Source of the DNA: a bacterium
GTDB lineage: Bacteria > CG03
DNA length: 64,000 bases
Direction of reading: 5' to 3'
Assembly (NCBI GenBank): GCA_043825615.1
Contig: JBDRRS010000003.1
Location: 125,379-189,378 of the forward strand
Part shown: in pieces, positions 47,081 through 56,637 of the stretch
How positions within the stretch are numbered: the first letter of the stretch is position 1
Layout of the letters: every line of letters begins with the position of its first letter
Position numbers and translations under genes: made by a program
Notes under the pieces: model-generated
Told to the model about the DNA's origin: nothing
Seen by the model: only the letters and a program-made list of their open reading frames with translations
The model's database searches: none

Positions 47081-48824
47081 AAATTTCAAATTTCTTTGCG
47101 TTCTTGCGGTATTGCTCACGTTTTCAGGATGCGCTGAGCGGAAAGAAGTTGCCGATATTCTGCTTATTTATAATTCAAAAAAAGAACAGACCTCCGATGT
47201 CAATTTCCGCAAAATTTCCGAATATTACGGTCTGCTCTGCGGCAAAACTGATTTATCCGAAACGGCGCTAACGGAAGATTTATTCGGGAATATCACAACC
47301 GCCGGCATAAACGGGGCGAATCTTGAAAGATTAAAACCGGATGAGTTGTCTCTTCTCAAAAGTAAAATAAGCGCCGGAGGAATGAAATTAATCGTTCTCA
47401 TGCAAGAATCGGCTGAATACAAAAATCTTAAAAAATTAACAGGTAATGAAGTTCAGGGCGTTGCGGAGGCGGCCCAAACCGGTCATTACAGCGTTTCGGC
47501 ACGCTTTCCCCTGATAACACGGGAGTTTACAGGCCATGAACTAAATTATCCGGATATGGAACGTATTCCCTGCATAAATGTAAATAAGAATGCAGTGAGC
47601 GCGTTCCCTTTAATAGCGGCCGGCGACGGTCAGGCGGTGTTTATTTACCATAAATCAGGGAAAGGAGAAATATTTTTTATTGCCGGTAAGGAATGCCCGA
47701 ACCTTGAAGAGAATCAGATGTATAAAATTTATTGCAGCACTGAAAGTTTTTACAACTTGCTCCCGGCAATGACGGCAATACGCTACTCTATGGGAAACAG
47801 ATGCTGGCGCAACGAGCGGAACTATGCAAATCTGACAATAGACGACCCTCCCCTGCGTCAGACAACCCGTCCGAAGGACTGGATGGGTCTGGATTATTTC
47901 GGCTTGCTTAAAGAATTAAAAAAACATAATTACCACATAACAATTGCTCTTATTCCCGGCTGGATGAAGTTTACCGAAAAAAGCGTGGTCGACCTCTTTC
48001 TGCAGAACCCCGACAGGTTCTCCATAGTTCAGCACGGCAACAATCATGACGGCTATGAATTCTGGCACTATGACCCTCAACCCGGCGACTCCCGCCCGCC
48101 AAAACCATACCGCGACCAGGACGAAGACCTTGCCGAAGGTATGCAGAGAATGAACGGTTTTTCAAAAGTTACAGGAATTCCCTGGGGACGACTCATAATT
48201 TTTCCCGGCGGAATCTGTCCGTTAAGAACATTTAAACTGCTGAAAAAATACAACTTTCTCTGTACTGTAAACTACCAAAGAGAACCTCTCGGGGAGAAAC
48301 CCGCAGACACCTACGACTATCAAATGTATCCCGCCGAAATGAGTTTCGGTTCTTTCCCGTCCGTGCGCAGAGAACATCCGGGACTGCACTTCCCTGTTTT
48401 GAACTTTATTCTGTTTAGTATGTTTATTGATACGCCGTTCCTGATTTATGACCACGCATGGGATTTTAAGGAAGGCGCTAAAACGTATAATTTACTGGCG
48501 GATGAAGTTAACAGAGTTACCGGCGGCGTAGAATGGCGGAGTTTGGGAGAAATCGCCGAACATCTGTATCTTGAGAGAGAACGAGCAGACGGAGTCATAG
48601 AAGTAAAGATGTTCAGCAACGGAATTGTTCTGGAAAATAAATACGAAGTTCAAAAAAAATACAGGATAACCAAAAGAGAAAACTTTGATGTGCCTGTTAA
48701 GTGTGTCAGGGTAGATAACGCAAAAGTAAAATATAAGAAAAAGGAAGATTACATTTGCGTAACTACGGTCATTGATGCTCATTCGGAAAAGAAAATCAGG
48801 ATTGAATATAAAGGACCGAAATGA
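47058..48824 (+). CDS. hypothetical lipoprotein, possibly polysaccharide-deacetylase-like
   Basis: Lipobox LTFSGC; LTIDDPP and HGNNHD weakly resemble NodB-type motifs. Confidence 0.35.
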   Translation: MICSRVIKNFKFLCVLAVLLTFSGCAERKEVADILLIYNSKKEQTSDVNFRKISEYYGLLCGKTDLSETALTEDLFGNITTAGINGANLERLKPDELSLLKSKISAGGMKLIVLMQESAEYKNLKKLTGNEVQGVAEAAQTGHYSVSARFPLITREFTGHELNYPDMERIPCINVNKNAVSAFPLIAAGDGQAVFIYHKSGKGEIFFIAGKECPNLEENQMYKIYCSTESFYNLLPAMTAIRYSMGNRCWRNERNYANLTIDDPPLRQTTRPKDWMGLDYFGLLKELKKHNYHITIALIPGWMKFTEKSVVDLFLQNPDRFSIVQHGNNHDGYEFWHYDPQPGDSRPPKPYRDQDEDLAEGMQRMNGFSKVTGIPWGRLIIFPGGICPLRTFKLLKKYNFLCTVNYQREPLGEKPADTYDYQMYPAEMSFGSFPSVRREHPGLHFPVLNFILFSMFIDTPFLIYDHAWDFKEGAKTYNLLADEVNRVTGGVEWRSLGEIAEHLYLERERADGVIEVKMFSNGIVLENKYEVQKKYRITKRENFDVPVKCVRVDNAKVKYKKKEDYICVTTVIDAHSEKKIRIEYKGPK

Positions 48825-49858
48825 GAATATTGGTGGATATTCTGCACCCGGCGCATGTTCATTTTTTCAAAAATGCAATTCGGGAATGGGAAAAAAGGGG
48901 ACATCAGGTTTTGACGACAGCACGGGATAAAGATGTAACGCTTAATTTGCTTAAAGCGTATAATATTGATTTTACGGAGATCAGCAAAATAGGAAAAGGG
49001 ATATTCGGACTCGCGGGAGAACTGGTCTTACGGAATTGCCGGCTGATTAAAATAGTAAAAAATTTCAGCCCGGATATTATGTTCGGAGTAGCGGGAGTTT
49101 CTATTGCGCCCGTCGGTAAGATTACGGGAATACCGTCTGTTGTTTTCACCAATAACGAACATGCCGCATTATCCAATAAAATCACATTTCCCTTTGCGGA
49201 TGTAGTATGTACTGCATCATGTTTTAAGAAAAATTTCGGAAAAAAGCATGTATGGTTTAATGGATATCACGAGTTGGCTTATCTTCACCCCGATTATTTT
49301 AAGCCGGACGAATCCGTTTTGAGGGAATTAAACCTTACAGTGACGGATAAATTCGTTATTTTCAGATTTGTTTCATGGGGCGCGGCTCATGACATCGGGG
49401 AAAAATGGCTTTCCCTTCAGGAGAAGCGCAAATTAATAAAAAGCGCAGAAAAATATGCCAGGGTGTTCATTACTTCGGAGTCGCGGCTGCCCCCTGATTT
49501 AATGAGATATCATATATCTATTTCTCCGGAGAAAATGCATTCTCTGTTGAGTTTTGCCCGCCTGCACATCGGAGAAAGCGCAACAATGGCTTCGGAAAGC
49601 GCGGTGTTAGGTGTGCCTGCTATCTTTGTTTATTCTTCCCCCCGGGGATATACCGACGAAATCAGGGATAAATATGAACTGTTATTTACATTTTCCAGTA
49701 AAAACCATAATTGGAGAAAAATTGAGAATAAATTGATAGAATTACTGGAGGACGAAAATATGAAGGAAAAATGGCAAATGAAAAGAAATAAAATGCTGGC
49801 AGAAAAAACTGATGTCACTAAATTTATCGTAGGGCTGGCGGAGAAATATTGTGGTTAA
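48821..49858 (+). CDS. DUF354-family protein (GT-B-like)
   Basis: N-terminal MRILVDILHPAHVHFFKNAI matches DUF354 signature as recalled. Confidence 0.65.
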   Translation: MRILVDILHPAHVHFFKNAIREWEKRGHQVLTTARDKDVTLNLLKAYNIDFTEISKIGKGIFGLAGELVLRNCRLIKIVKNFSPDIMFGVAGVSIAPVGKITGIPSVVFTNNEHAALSNKITFPFADVVCTASCFKKNFGKKHVWFNGYHELAYLHPDYFKPDESVLRELNLTVTDKFVIFRFVSWGAAHDIGEKWLSLQEKRKLIKSAEKYARVFITSESRLPPDLMRYHISISPEKMHSLLSFARLHIGESATMASESAVLGVPAIFVYSSPRGYTDEIRDKYELLFTFSSKNHNWRKIENKLIELLEDENMKEKWQMKRNKMLAEKTDVTKFIVGLAEKYCG

Positions 49859-50648
49859 ATCATCCGAAGCCCATATAAATTACGATAGGCAATGGTTTAT
49901 CGTGGTTAAAAAAATGCATGAATTACGTCCCCCTGCCGTAGAGTTGCGTGATGAGTTAATCCTAAAGTTGTTTCCTCTAAAAGGAAATAATCTTACCTGT
50001 CTTGACGTGGGATGCGGATACGGAAAATATACTTTGGAACTTTTAAAGAGAGGATTTTCCGTCCATGCTTTTGACGGTTCTGAAGATGCCGTCAAAAAGT
50101 TAAAAGAAAGTGTCCCTGAAGATTCTTCCGGCAGGCTGACCGCGCAGGCGGCAACCATTGAGAATTTTACATCAACTGCCCGGTATGATTTTATTCTGGT
50201 ATCGGAAGTGCTGGAGCACATTAAAGATGATTGCGGCGCTGTAAAAAAATTATTTTCTTTGCTGAAAGAAGACGGAAGAATGATTATCTCGGTCCCGCAT
50301 GATATGAAGTTATGGACAGTGACGGATACTTTTGTCGGGCACCTTCGCCGATATAGCAAAGAGTCGCTTATAAAAATTTTACCCTCGGGAAAAATAAAAA
50401 TTGAAAAAATGTGGTGTTACGGATTCCCCTTCCTGTGGATGGTACGTCTGTTGCGAAAAATCTTCTGTATGGGCCCTGAATACATTGTTGCAAAGACAAC
50501 AAAACCGACTTTTTATGGAACGTTGCTGAAAATTTGCACATGGATATTAGGGAGATTACTCTTTTTTGACAGGTTGTTTTTGAATGTATTCACGGGTATA
50601 GGGCTGATAACTGTGATTGTAAAGCATAATGGGATTAATAAAGATTAA
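49851..50648 (+). CDS. class I SAM-dependent methyltransferase
   Basis: LDVGCGYGKYT motif I. Confidence 0.75.
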   Translation: MVKSSEAHINYDRQWFIVVKKMHELRPPAVELRDELILKLFPLKGNNLTCLDVGCGYGKYTLELLKRGFSVHAFDGSEDAVKKLKESVPEDSSGRLTAQAATIENFTSTARYDFILVSEVLEHIKDDCGAVKKLFSLLKEDGRMIISVPHDMKLWTVTDTFVGHLRRYSKESLIKILPSGKIKIEKMWCYGFPFLWMVRLLRKIFCMGPEYIVAKTTKPTFYGTLLKICTWILGRLLFFDRLFLNVFTGIGLITVIVKHNGINKD

Positions 50649-50651
50649 GAA

Positions 50652-51869
50652 ATGAATTTTACAGGCAATATCAAAAGTCAGCTGTTTAAAGAAAGTATTT
50701 CCGGTGTGCTAAAATATTCCGAGGCCGGTAATTATGCGGGTTATTCGAAATTTGACGCTTTAAATTCACCTTTGCTGTGGAAAATTTTCGGGAGCAGTTC
50801 TATTTACCGATTTATAATTATTCAAATGGTCAACAGAATCCCGTTTCATATACGCCCGCTTTTGGGCGTTAAAAAACTGCGCAACCCCAAAGGAATAGCG
50901 AATTTTATAAAAGCGTACTGCGCTCTTTATAAGATAGAATCTTTGCCGGAATACTTGAATAAAATAAGAGAATTGTCGGATTGGCTTTTGAAAAACAACT
51001 CCAACAAAAATAACAGATATCATGGAGTTTGCTGGGGGTATAATTTTCCGTGGCAGAACCCGGGATTTTATGCGCCAAGATATTTTCCGAATTGTATTGT
51101 AACTTCGTTTGCCGGAGATGCGCTGCTTTACGCTTATGAGTTAACCGGAGATATTAAATATATGAAAACCGCGGAAAGCGCCGCAACTTTTATTTTAAAA
51201 GACCTTCCCGTTATGGAAGAAACCGGGGATGGGAAGTGCATAGGCTACGTTCCGGCAAAATTGCGCTGGAAGGTTATAAATATTAATTCGGTGGCTGCCG
51301 GTTTTTTATCCCATTTATTTGCCGTTTCAGGCGAAGAAAAATATATTGATGAAGCAAGACGTTTAACTAATTGGGTGATTTCCAAAAAAAAAGAGGGCGA
51401 TGTATGGTCTTATACATATCCGGAATCTTCTTCAGGAATAATGCCTGACAACTACCACACCGGCGGAATATTAGACGGTATTTTTGATTACATGGTTAAC
51501 AGCAAGGACCACACATATATGGAAACTTATATGAGAGGTTTGAATTTTTATAAAAGGAGATTTTTTAAATCTGACGGCGCTCCGAAACTGTTTGATAAAA
51601 AAGAGTTTCCTTACGATATTCACAGTGTTGCACAGGGAATAATTACATTTGTTAAAGCGGGTAAATTTGATTCGGATTATATGGATTTTGCAAAGAATAT
51701 AGCCGCATGGGGCATCAGGAATATGCAGGATGCAAGCGGACATTTTTACTATAGGAAATATAAATTTTATACCCTGAAATATGATTTAATGCGCTGGAAC
51801 AATTCATGGATGACCTGGGCTCTGGCGGAACTGTTGCTGCAATTATTTAAGGGGACGAATGAAAAATAA
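50652..51869 (+). CDS. hypothetical protein (405 aa)
   Basis: ORF in track within glycan locus; no motif recognised. Confidence 0.4.
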   Translation: MNFTGNIKSQLFKESISGVLKYSEAGNYAGYSKFDALNSPLLWKIFGSSSIYRFIIIQMVNRIPFHIRPLLGVKKLRNPKGIANFIKAYCALYKIESLPEYLNKIRELSDWLLKNNSNKNNRYHGVCWGYNFPWQNPGFYAPRYFPNCIVTSFAGDALLYAYELTGDIKYMKTAESAATFILKDLPVMEETGDGKCIGYVPAKLRWKVININSVAAGFLSHLFAVSGEEKYIDEARRLTNWVISKKKEGDVWSYTYPESSSGIMPDNYHTGGILDGIFDYMVNSKDHTYMETYMRGLNFYKRRFFKSDGAPKLFDKKEFPYDIHSVAQGIITFVKAGKFDSDYMDFAKNIAAWGIRNMQDASGHFYYRKYKFYTLKYDLMRWNNSWMTWALAELLLQLFKGTNEK

Positions 51870-53343
51870 AAAAATTATTCTGATTTTCTGCGGTGCAAAA
51901 GGAAAAGGCGTTCGGTTACCACTGGCTGTTCTTGTTCTGGCACGGCCTTTAATTGACGCTGGATTTGGCGTTGAACTTTTTGATCTCCGGGTGGAGAAAT
52001 TTTTTTTAAAAAATCCGAAGGATGTTTTATTGATGGGCGTAAGTGCATGGACAGGAAAACACAGCATCCCGCAGGCGATTGAAGTTTCCAGGAAAATAAA
52101 AAAAATAAATCCGGAAATACCTATTGTCTGGGGCGGCCCTCACGCTACTTCATTGCCGGAAGAAACGGCCAACAACAAATACATAGACATTGTTGTAAGA
52201 GGTGCGGGTGAAGAATGCCTGTTGGAGCTGGCGAATAAAATTTATCGGAACAAAGACATTTCAGGCGTTAAAGGGATAACCTATAAGAAAAATGGTCAGG
52301 TCATTTCCACGCAGGACAGGGACATTCCTAATATTAATAAAATCACTCACCTGCCGTACGATTTGCTGAAACTGTCCAGATATCCGGCGCTGCGGTATAA
52401 CTTTGATTATCTTTCCAGCGTGGGTTGTCCTCACAGATGCATGTTTTGTTCCGAACCGTTTTTTTCCAAAAGAAAGTGGAATGCAAAGGACAATGAGGTG
52501 ATGGCTGCCGAATTGGATTACATAGTCAAAAAATTCAATCCTGAACGCATTGTAATAAATGATTCCAATTTTTTCGTAAACAAAAACCGCGTTTTGAAAT
52601 TTTGCCGGAATAAGATTGAACGGGGGTACAAATTTAAAATACATGCTGAGTGCAGAATTGATTATTTTTCGAAATACGATTCCGAAACGCTGTTGCTTTT
52701 GCACCGAGCCGGTTTTTCTGAAATTCTGTTCGGCGGGGAATCAGGTTCGGATAGGACATTGCAATTTATCAAAAAAGATATAACGTCGGAACAAATTCTG
52801 AAAAGCGTAAAAAAAACAAAAGATTTTGATATTACGCCGGTTATCAGTTTTATGATTGGTTTTCCCGAAGAAAATCAGAAACATCGCTTAAAAACAATTG
52901 AAATTTATGACAGAATTATGAAAATTAATCCTAAAGCACGGATAAACGGAATCCGTGTTCTGACTCCTTTCCCCTGCACGGGTTTGTATGATTATGTGAA
53001 GGAAAAACATCATTTCCATCCGCCTGAAACACTTGAAGAATGGGGCAAATACACACTGTATGAAACGAATTATGCCACATGGTTGAGCAAGAAGGAATTG
53101 GACATTATTAAAAATATATCAATAGTGGCAAGATATTTTTATGTGTTTAAACTCCTTAAATCGTGGTCATTGCGGGAACTCGTCGCAAGACACCACTCGC
53201 TTTTACGGGGGGTTGCTTCCGTATTTTTCAACCATCTTTTTTATCTGCCCGCAGTTTTCAGGTGGAAATTGCGTTACTTCAATAATGCCGTGGAATTCCA
53301 TTTGTGGAACAGAATTTTGCAGGCATTTACGGGTAAAAAATAA
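51859..53343 (+). CDS. B12-binding domain radical SAM protein
   Basis: CPHRCMFC (Cx3Cx2C) cluster motif preceded by a B12-binding-like N-terminal domain. Confidence 0.8.
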   Translation: MKNKKIILIFCGAKGKGVRLPLAVLVLARPLIDAGFGVELFDLRVEKFFLKNPKDVLLMGVSAWTGKHSIPQAIEVSRKIKKINPEIPIVWGGPHATSLPEETANNKYIDIVVRGAGEECLLELANKIYRNKDISGVKGITYKKNGQVISTQDRDIPNINKITHLPYDLLKLSRYPALRYNFDYLSSVGCPHRCMFCSEPFFSKRKWNAKDNEVMAAELDYIVKKFNPERIVINDSNFFVNKNRVLKFCRNKIERGYKFKIHAECRIDYFSKYDSETLLLLHRAGFSEILFGGESGSDRTLQFIKKDITSEQILKSVKKTKDFDITPVISFMIGFPEENQKHRLKTIEIYDRIMKINPKARINGIRVLTPFPCTGLYDYVKEKHHFHPPETLEEWGKYTLYETNYATWLSKKELDIIKNISIVARYFYVFKLLKSWSLRELVARHHSLLRGVASVFFNHLFYLPAVFRWKLRYFNNAVEFHLWNRILQAFTGKK

Positions 53344-53442
53344 GATATGATGTGTTAATGATTAATATTAGGTAGAAGGATTTTTACTGGATACCCCCGG
53401 AAACCTATTTTGTATTGCTCTGTTATGAGAGGGGGTGCCGTT

Positions 53443-54642
53443 ATGCAGAAAAAAATGAATCTTTTATTCGTGGGTACTGTTAGAGGCGCTGATCCGCCTA
53501 ACCGCATCAATGCTCTTATAAAAATGGGTTATGATGTTTCTATACTCAACATAGATAGAGAATTTTTTTCATATAATACAATAAAAGAGCTTACTGGACT
53601 GAAATCTGTTACAAACTTGTTCTACGAGAAAAAACTTTATTCTGCTATGAAATCTAAAATGGCAGAAGCAGCAAAAATGCTGTTAAGTACATTTCATCTG
53701 TATGAAAATAAGGAAGTTAAAGCGAAGGTGAAAGAAGTTATACTCAAGAATAAGATAAATATGGTGTATTGCCACTGGGGAGTAACTGTTGTTCCGCTAA
53801 TAGCCTTGATTAAAAACGAGTTTCCAAATCTGCCAGTTATCCATGAGATACTGACTTATCCTTCTTCGGTAAATCCATTAGAGATTGCTTTTCAGAATTT
53901 TTTCTACGGGAGGGTGGTAAAAAAGATCGACGGCAGGATACATTGCAGCCGGCGGATGTATGATTATTTGAACTCCCGGTTTAATTTAAAACAACGGGGA
54001 AAAGATTTAATTCAGCCATTATACTTTAACAGGCGTTATTTTTATAAAAAAAGGCTGCCAGCGTTATCGGAGAAAGATAACGTTCCTCATATTATATTTA
54101 TTGGTATTGGAAGAGAGAACTTCTCTAAAAAAAGACCGTCTGATGATATTAGAAAAAAAATTCAGGAAATAACCAAATTGCAAATACATTTCTGGATTAG
54201 TTCAAAAAACAAAAATATAGAGGAAAGCGATTACGTGCATTTCTACCCATGGCTTAACTCTTTTGAAGTAGCCAACGGTTCCATGGCGACTTTTATGACT
54301 CAATTCGACGCTTGCATCTATTTACACAATTTAAAGAAAAATTATGCAATGTATGAAAACAGTTTACAGACAAGATTCCGATTTGCTCTCACGGCGGGTA
54401 TACCGATAGTCATGCCTATCGGGTATTACGGAGCTTGTCAGGATATTGTTGAAAAATACAAGATTGGATTTGCTTATAAAGATGTCGGGGAACTCAAAGC
54501 AAAATTATCCGATAGAGAACTTATGGCGGAATACCGGAAAAATGCCGTCAGGGCCTCGCCGGAGTTTACTTTTGAAAACAACTTTGAAAAATTGGACAAA
54601 TTTGTTAAAGAAATAATATATCCGGAATCGCATGCTGTCTAA
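53443..54642 (+). CDS. hypothetical protein, possibly GT-B-fold glycosyltransferase (start moved to MQKKMNLLF)
   Basis: ORF 53410-54642 in track; C-terminal region weakly GT-B-like. Confidence 0.35.
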   Translation: MQKKMNLLFVGTVRGADPPNRINALIKMGYDVSILNIDREFFSYNTIKELTGLKSVTNLFYEKKLYSAMKSKMAEAAKMLLSTFHLYENKEVKAKVKEVILKNKINMVYCHWGVTVVPLIALIKNEFPNLPVIHEILTYPSSVNPLEIAFQNFFYGRVVKKIDGRIHCSRRMYDYLNSRFNLKQRGKDLIQPLYFNRRYFYKKRLPALSEKDNVPHIIFIGIGRENFSKKRPSDDIRKKIQEITKLQIHFWISSKNKNIEESDYVHFYPWLNSFEVANGSMATFMTQFDACIYLHNLKKNYAMYENSLQTRFRFALTAGIPIVMPIGYYGACQDIVEKYKIGFAYKDVGELKAKLSDRELMAEYRKNAVRASPEFTFENNFEKLDKFVKEIIYPESHAV

Positions 54643-55291
54643 AATAAAAAAAGCAATAAAAAGCACTGTATTTTATAACCTTTTGTGGAAAATGTGGATG
54701 CTTCTTGCCCTCTGGGAGTGGTATTTGAGAGGAAAGCCCGATCCGCCGCCGCCGCCGGTAAAGCAGAATACGGTTAAAGAATACGCCGCGCGGTTCAATT
54801 TAAGCACGTTAATTGAAACGGGCACCTATCTTGGCGATATGATTAGGGCAACCGGAAATTGTTTTAACCGCATTTTTTCAATTGAGTTAAATGAAACACT
54901 CTATGAAAAAGCAAAGAAAAAGTTTTCCAAATTTTCTCACATTCAGATTATTAACGGAGACAGCGGCAGGATTTTGCCGGATTTACTGCGCTCTATTTCG
55001 CAGCCATGCCTGTTCTGGCTTGATGCGCACGAAGGAAATAAAGATACGCCGGTTACTATGGAAATAAAATCTATTTTCTCACATTCTGCTTCGGGGCACG
55101 TGATACTTATAGATGATGCAAGATTCTTTGTCGGGCGAAATAACTATCCTGCCATTGAAGAATTAAAGGAATTTGTCCGCGATCACCGCCCGGACCGGGT
55201 GATGGAAATTAAACATGACATTATTAGAATTCACCCCGCTTTACAGGATACAGGCGCAACTCCGCGTAGCGGGGTTCACGGAACCAAATAG
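54632..55291 (+). CDS. putative methyltransferase-fold protein (CmcI/TylF-like)
   Basis: IETGTYLGD and DAHE motifs; proline-rich linker. Confidence 0.45.
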   Translation: MLSKIKKAIKSTVFYNLLWKMWMLLALWEWYLRGKPDPPPPPVKQNTVKEYAARFNLSTLIETGTYLGDMIRATGNCFNRIFSIELNETLYEKAKKKFSKFSHIQIINGDSGRILPDLLRSISQPCLFWLDAHEGNKDTPVTMEIKSIFSHSASGHVILIDDARFFVGRNNYPAIEELKEFVRDHRPDRVMEIKHDIIRIHPALQDTGATPRSGVHGTK

Positions 55292-55320
55292 AATGTATCA
55301 AGCGGATAAAGTATAAAACC

Positions 55321-56637
55321 ATGGGCGCGGTAAAAGACAGTTTGAAAATTTTCAGCGGCAGGATTGCCGTTATAATTGCCGGCGCGCTCGCTAACATTCT
55401 TATAGCCCGTATCCTCGGTCCCGAAGGCCAGGGAATTTACACGTTGATTATTTTACTTCCGTTTTTGGCTGCAAAAATAGGGGATTTGGGAATAGGTCAT
55501 GCTAACGTGTATTTTTTGGGAAAGAAGGAACATGGTTTACAAAAAATTGCAAATAATTCTTTTTCACTGGCAATTATTATCGGATTACTGGTTTTGGTTA
55601 TCAGCGGATTTGCATTAAATTTTTTACAGCCCTCATTTTTTAAGAATGTACCTCTCGCTTATTTGCGCGTTGCTCTTTTAACTTTGCCTTTTTTTCTTTT
55701 CATATCTTATTTCGGCATGATACTGCTCGGAGCAAACAGAATAAACGAATATAATGTTGTCCAGAATTTTTTACGCAGCCTTCCTCTGCTTTTATTTTTA
55801 CTGTTTTTTCTGGTTATTTTGAAAAAAGGTCTTTTGGGCGCAACGCTCGCATGGGCATTAACTAATATAATAGCGGGGGCGGTTTCTATTTATTTTGTGC
55901 AGAGATTAACCGGAATAAAATGGGCAGTAGATTTTAAATTTTGCAAAGAGCTAATCAAATTCGGCGTCAAAGGATATTTAGCCACCATAATGAATTTTCT
56001 CAACTATCGCCTTGACATATTGCTGATAAATTTTTTTACGAGCGCGGTACTCGTCGGTTATTACAGTATATCCGTTCTGATTGCCGAGACCCTTTTATTT
56101 TTCCCGACTTCCATCGGTCTTGCGCTTTTTCCCCGGACGGCACAGTCAAGCCGGGAACTTCCCTACCGTTCCACCCCTCAGATATGCAGGGTCTCGCTTT
56201 TTCTAACTTTTATTAGCGCTTGTATCCTTTTTGTTTTAAGCAAGAGTATTATTCTGATTCTTTTCGGGAAACAATTTATCCCTGCTTATCAACCGCTGAA
56301 AATTCTGCTTCCCGGAATAGCGGCTTTGAGTGTCTGCAACATACTCAATTTTGACCTGATAGGCCGCGGAAAACCGATATTTGTTACTTACGCTTCAGGG
56401 GTTGCCCTTGGAATAAACATAATATTGAACCTGCTGTTTATTCCAAGGTGGGGAATCTCCGGCGCCGCTCTCTCTTCAACTTTATCTTATGTGGTAATGA
56501 CGGCTATCGTTCTGAAAAAGTTTTTAAGCATCTCGGAAAATAAATTCCTGGATACTGTATTTATCAAACGTGAGGATTTTAAAGTCATCCGGAGCAAGTT
56601 CGCGAAATTTGCAGAAAAAATCCATTATGGAAAATAA
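55321..56637 (+). CDS. oligosaccharide flippase (Wzx/MOP family)
   Basis: ~12 TM polytopic protein with family-typical N-terminus. Confidence 0.75.
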   Translation: MGAVKDSLKIFSGRIAVIIAGALANILIARILGPEGQGIYTLIILLPFLAAKIGDLGIGHANVYFLGKKEHGLQKIANNSFSLAIIIGLLVLVISGFALNFLQPSFFKNVPLAYLRVALLTLPFFLFISYFGMILLGANRINEYNVVQNFLRSLPLLLFLLFFLVILKKGLLGATLAWALTNIIAGAVSIYFVQRLTGIKWAVDFKFCKELIKFGVKGYLATIMNFLNYRLDILLINFFTSAVLVGYYSISVLIAETLLFFPTSIGLALFPRTAQSSRELPYRSTPQICRVSLFLTFISACILFVLSKSIILILFGKQFIPAYQPLKILLPGIAALSVCNILNFDLIGRGKPIFVTYASGVALGINIILNLLFIPRWGISGAALSSTLSYVVMTAIVLKKFLSISENKFLDTVFIKREDFKVIRSKFAKFAEKIHYGK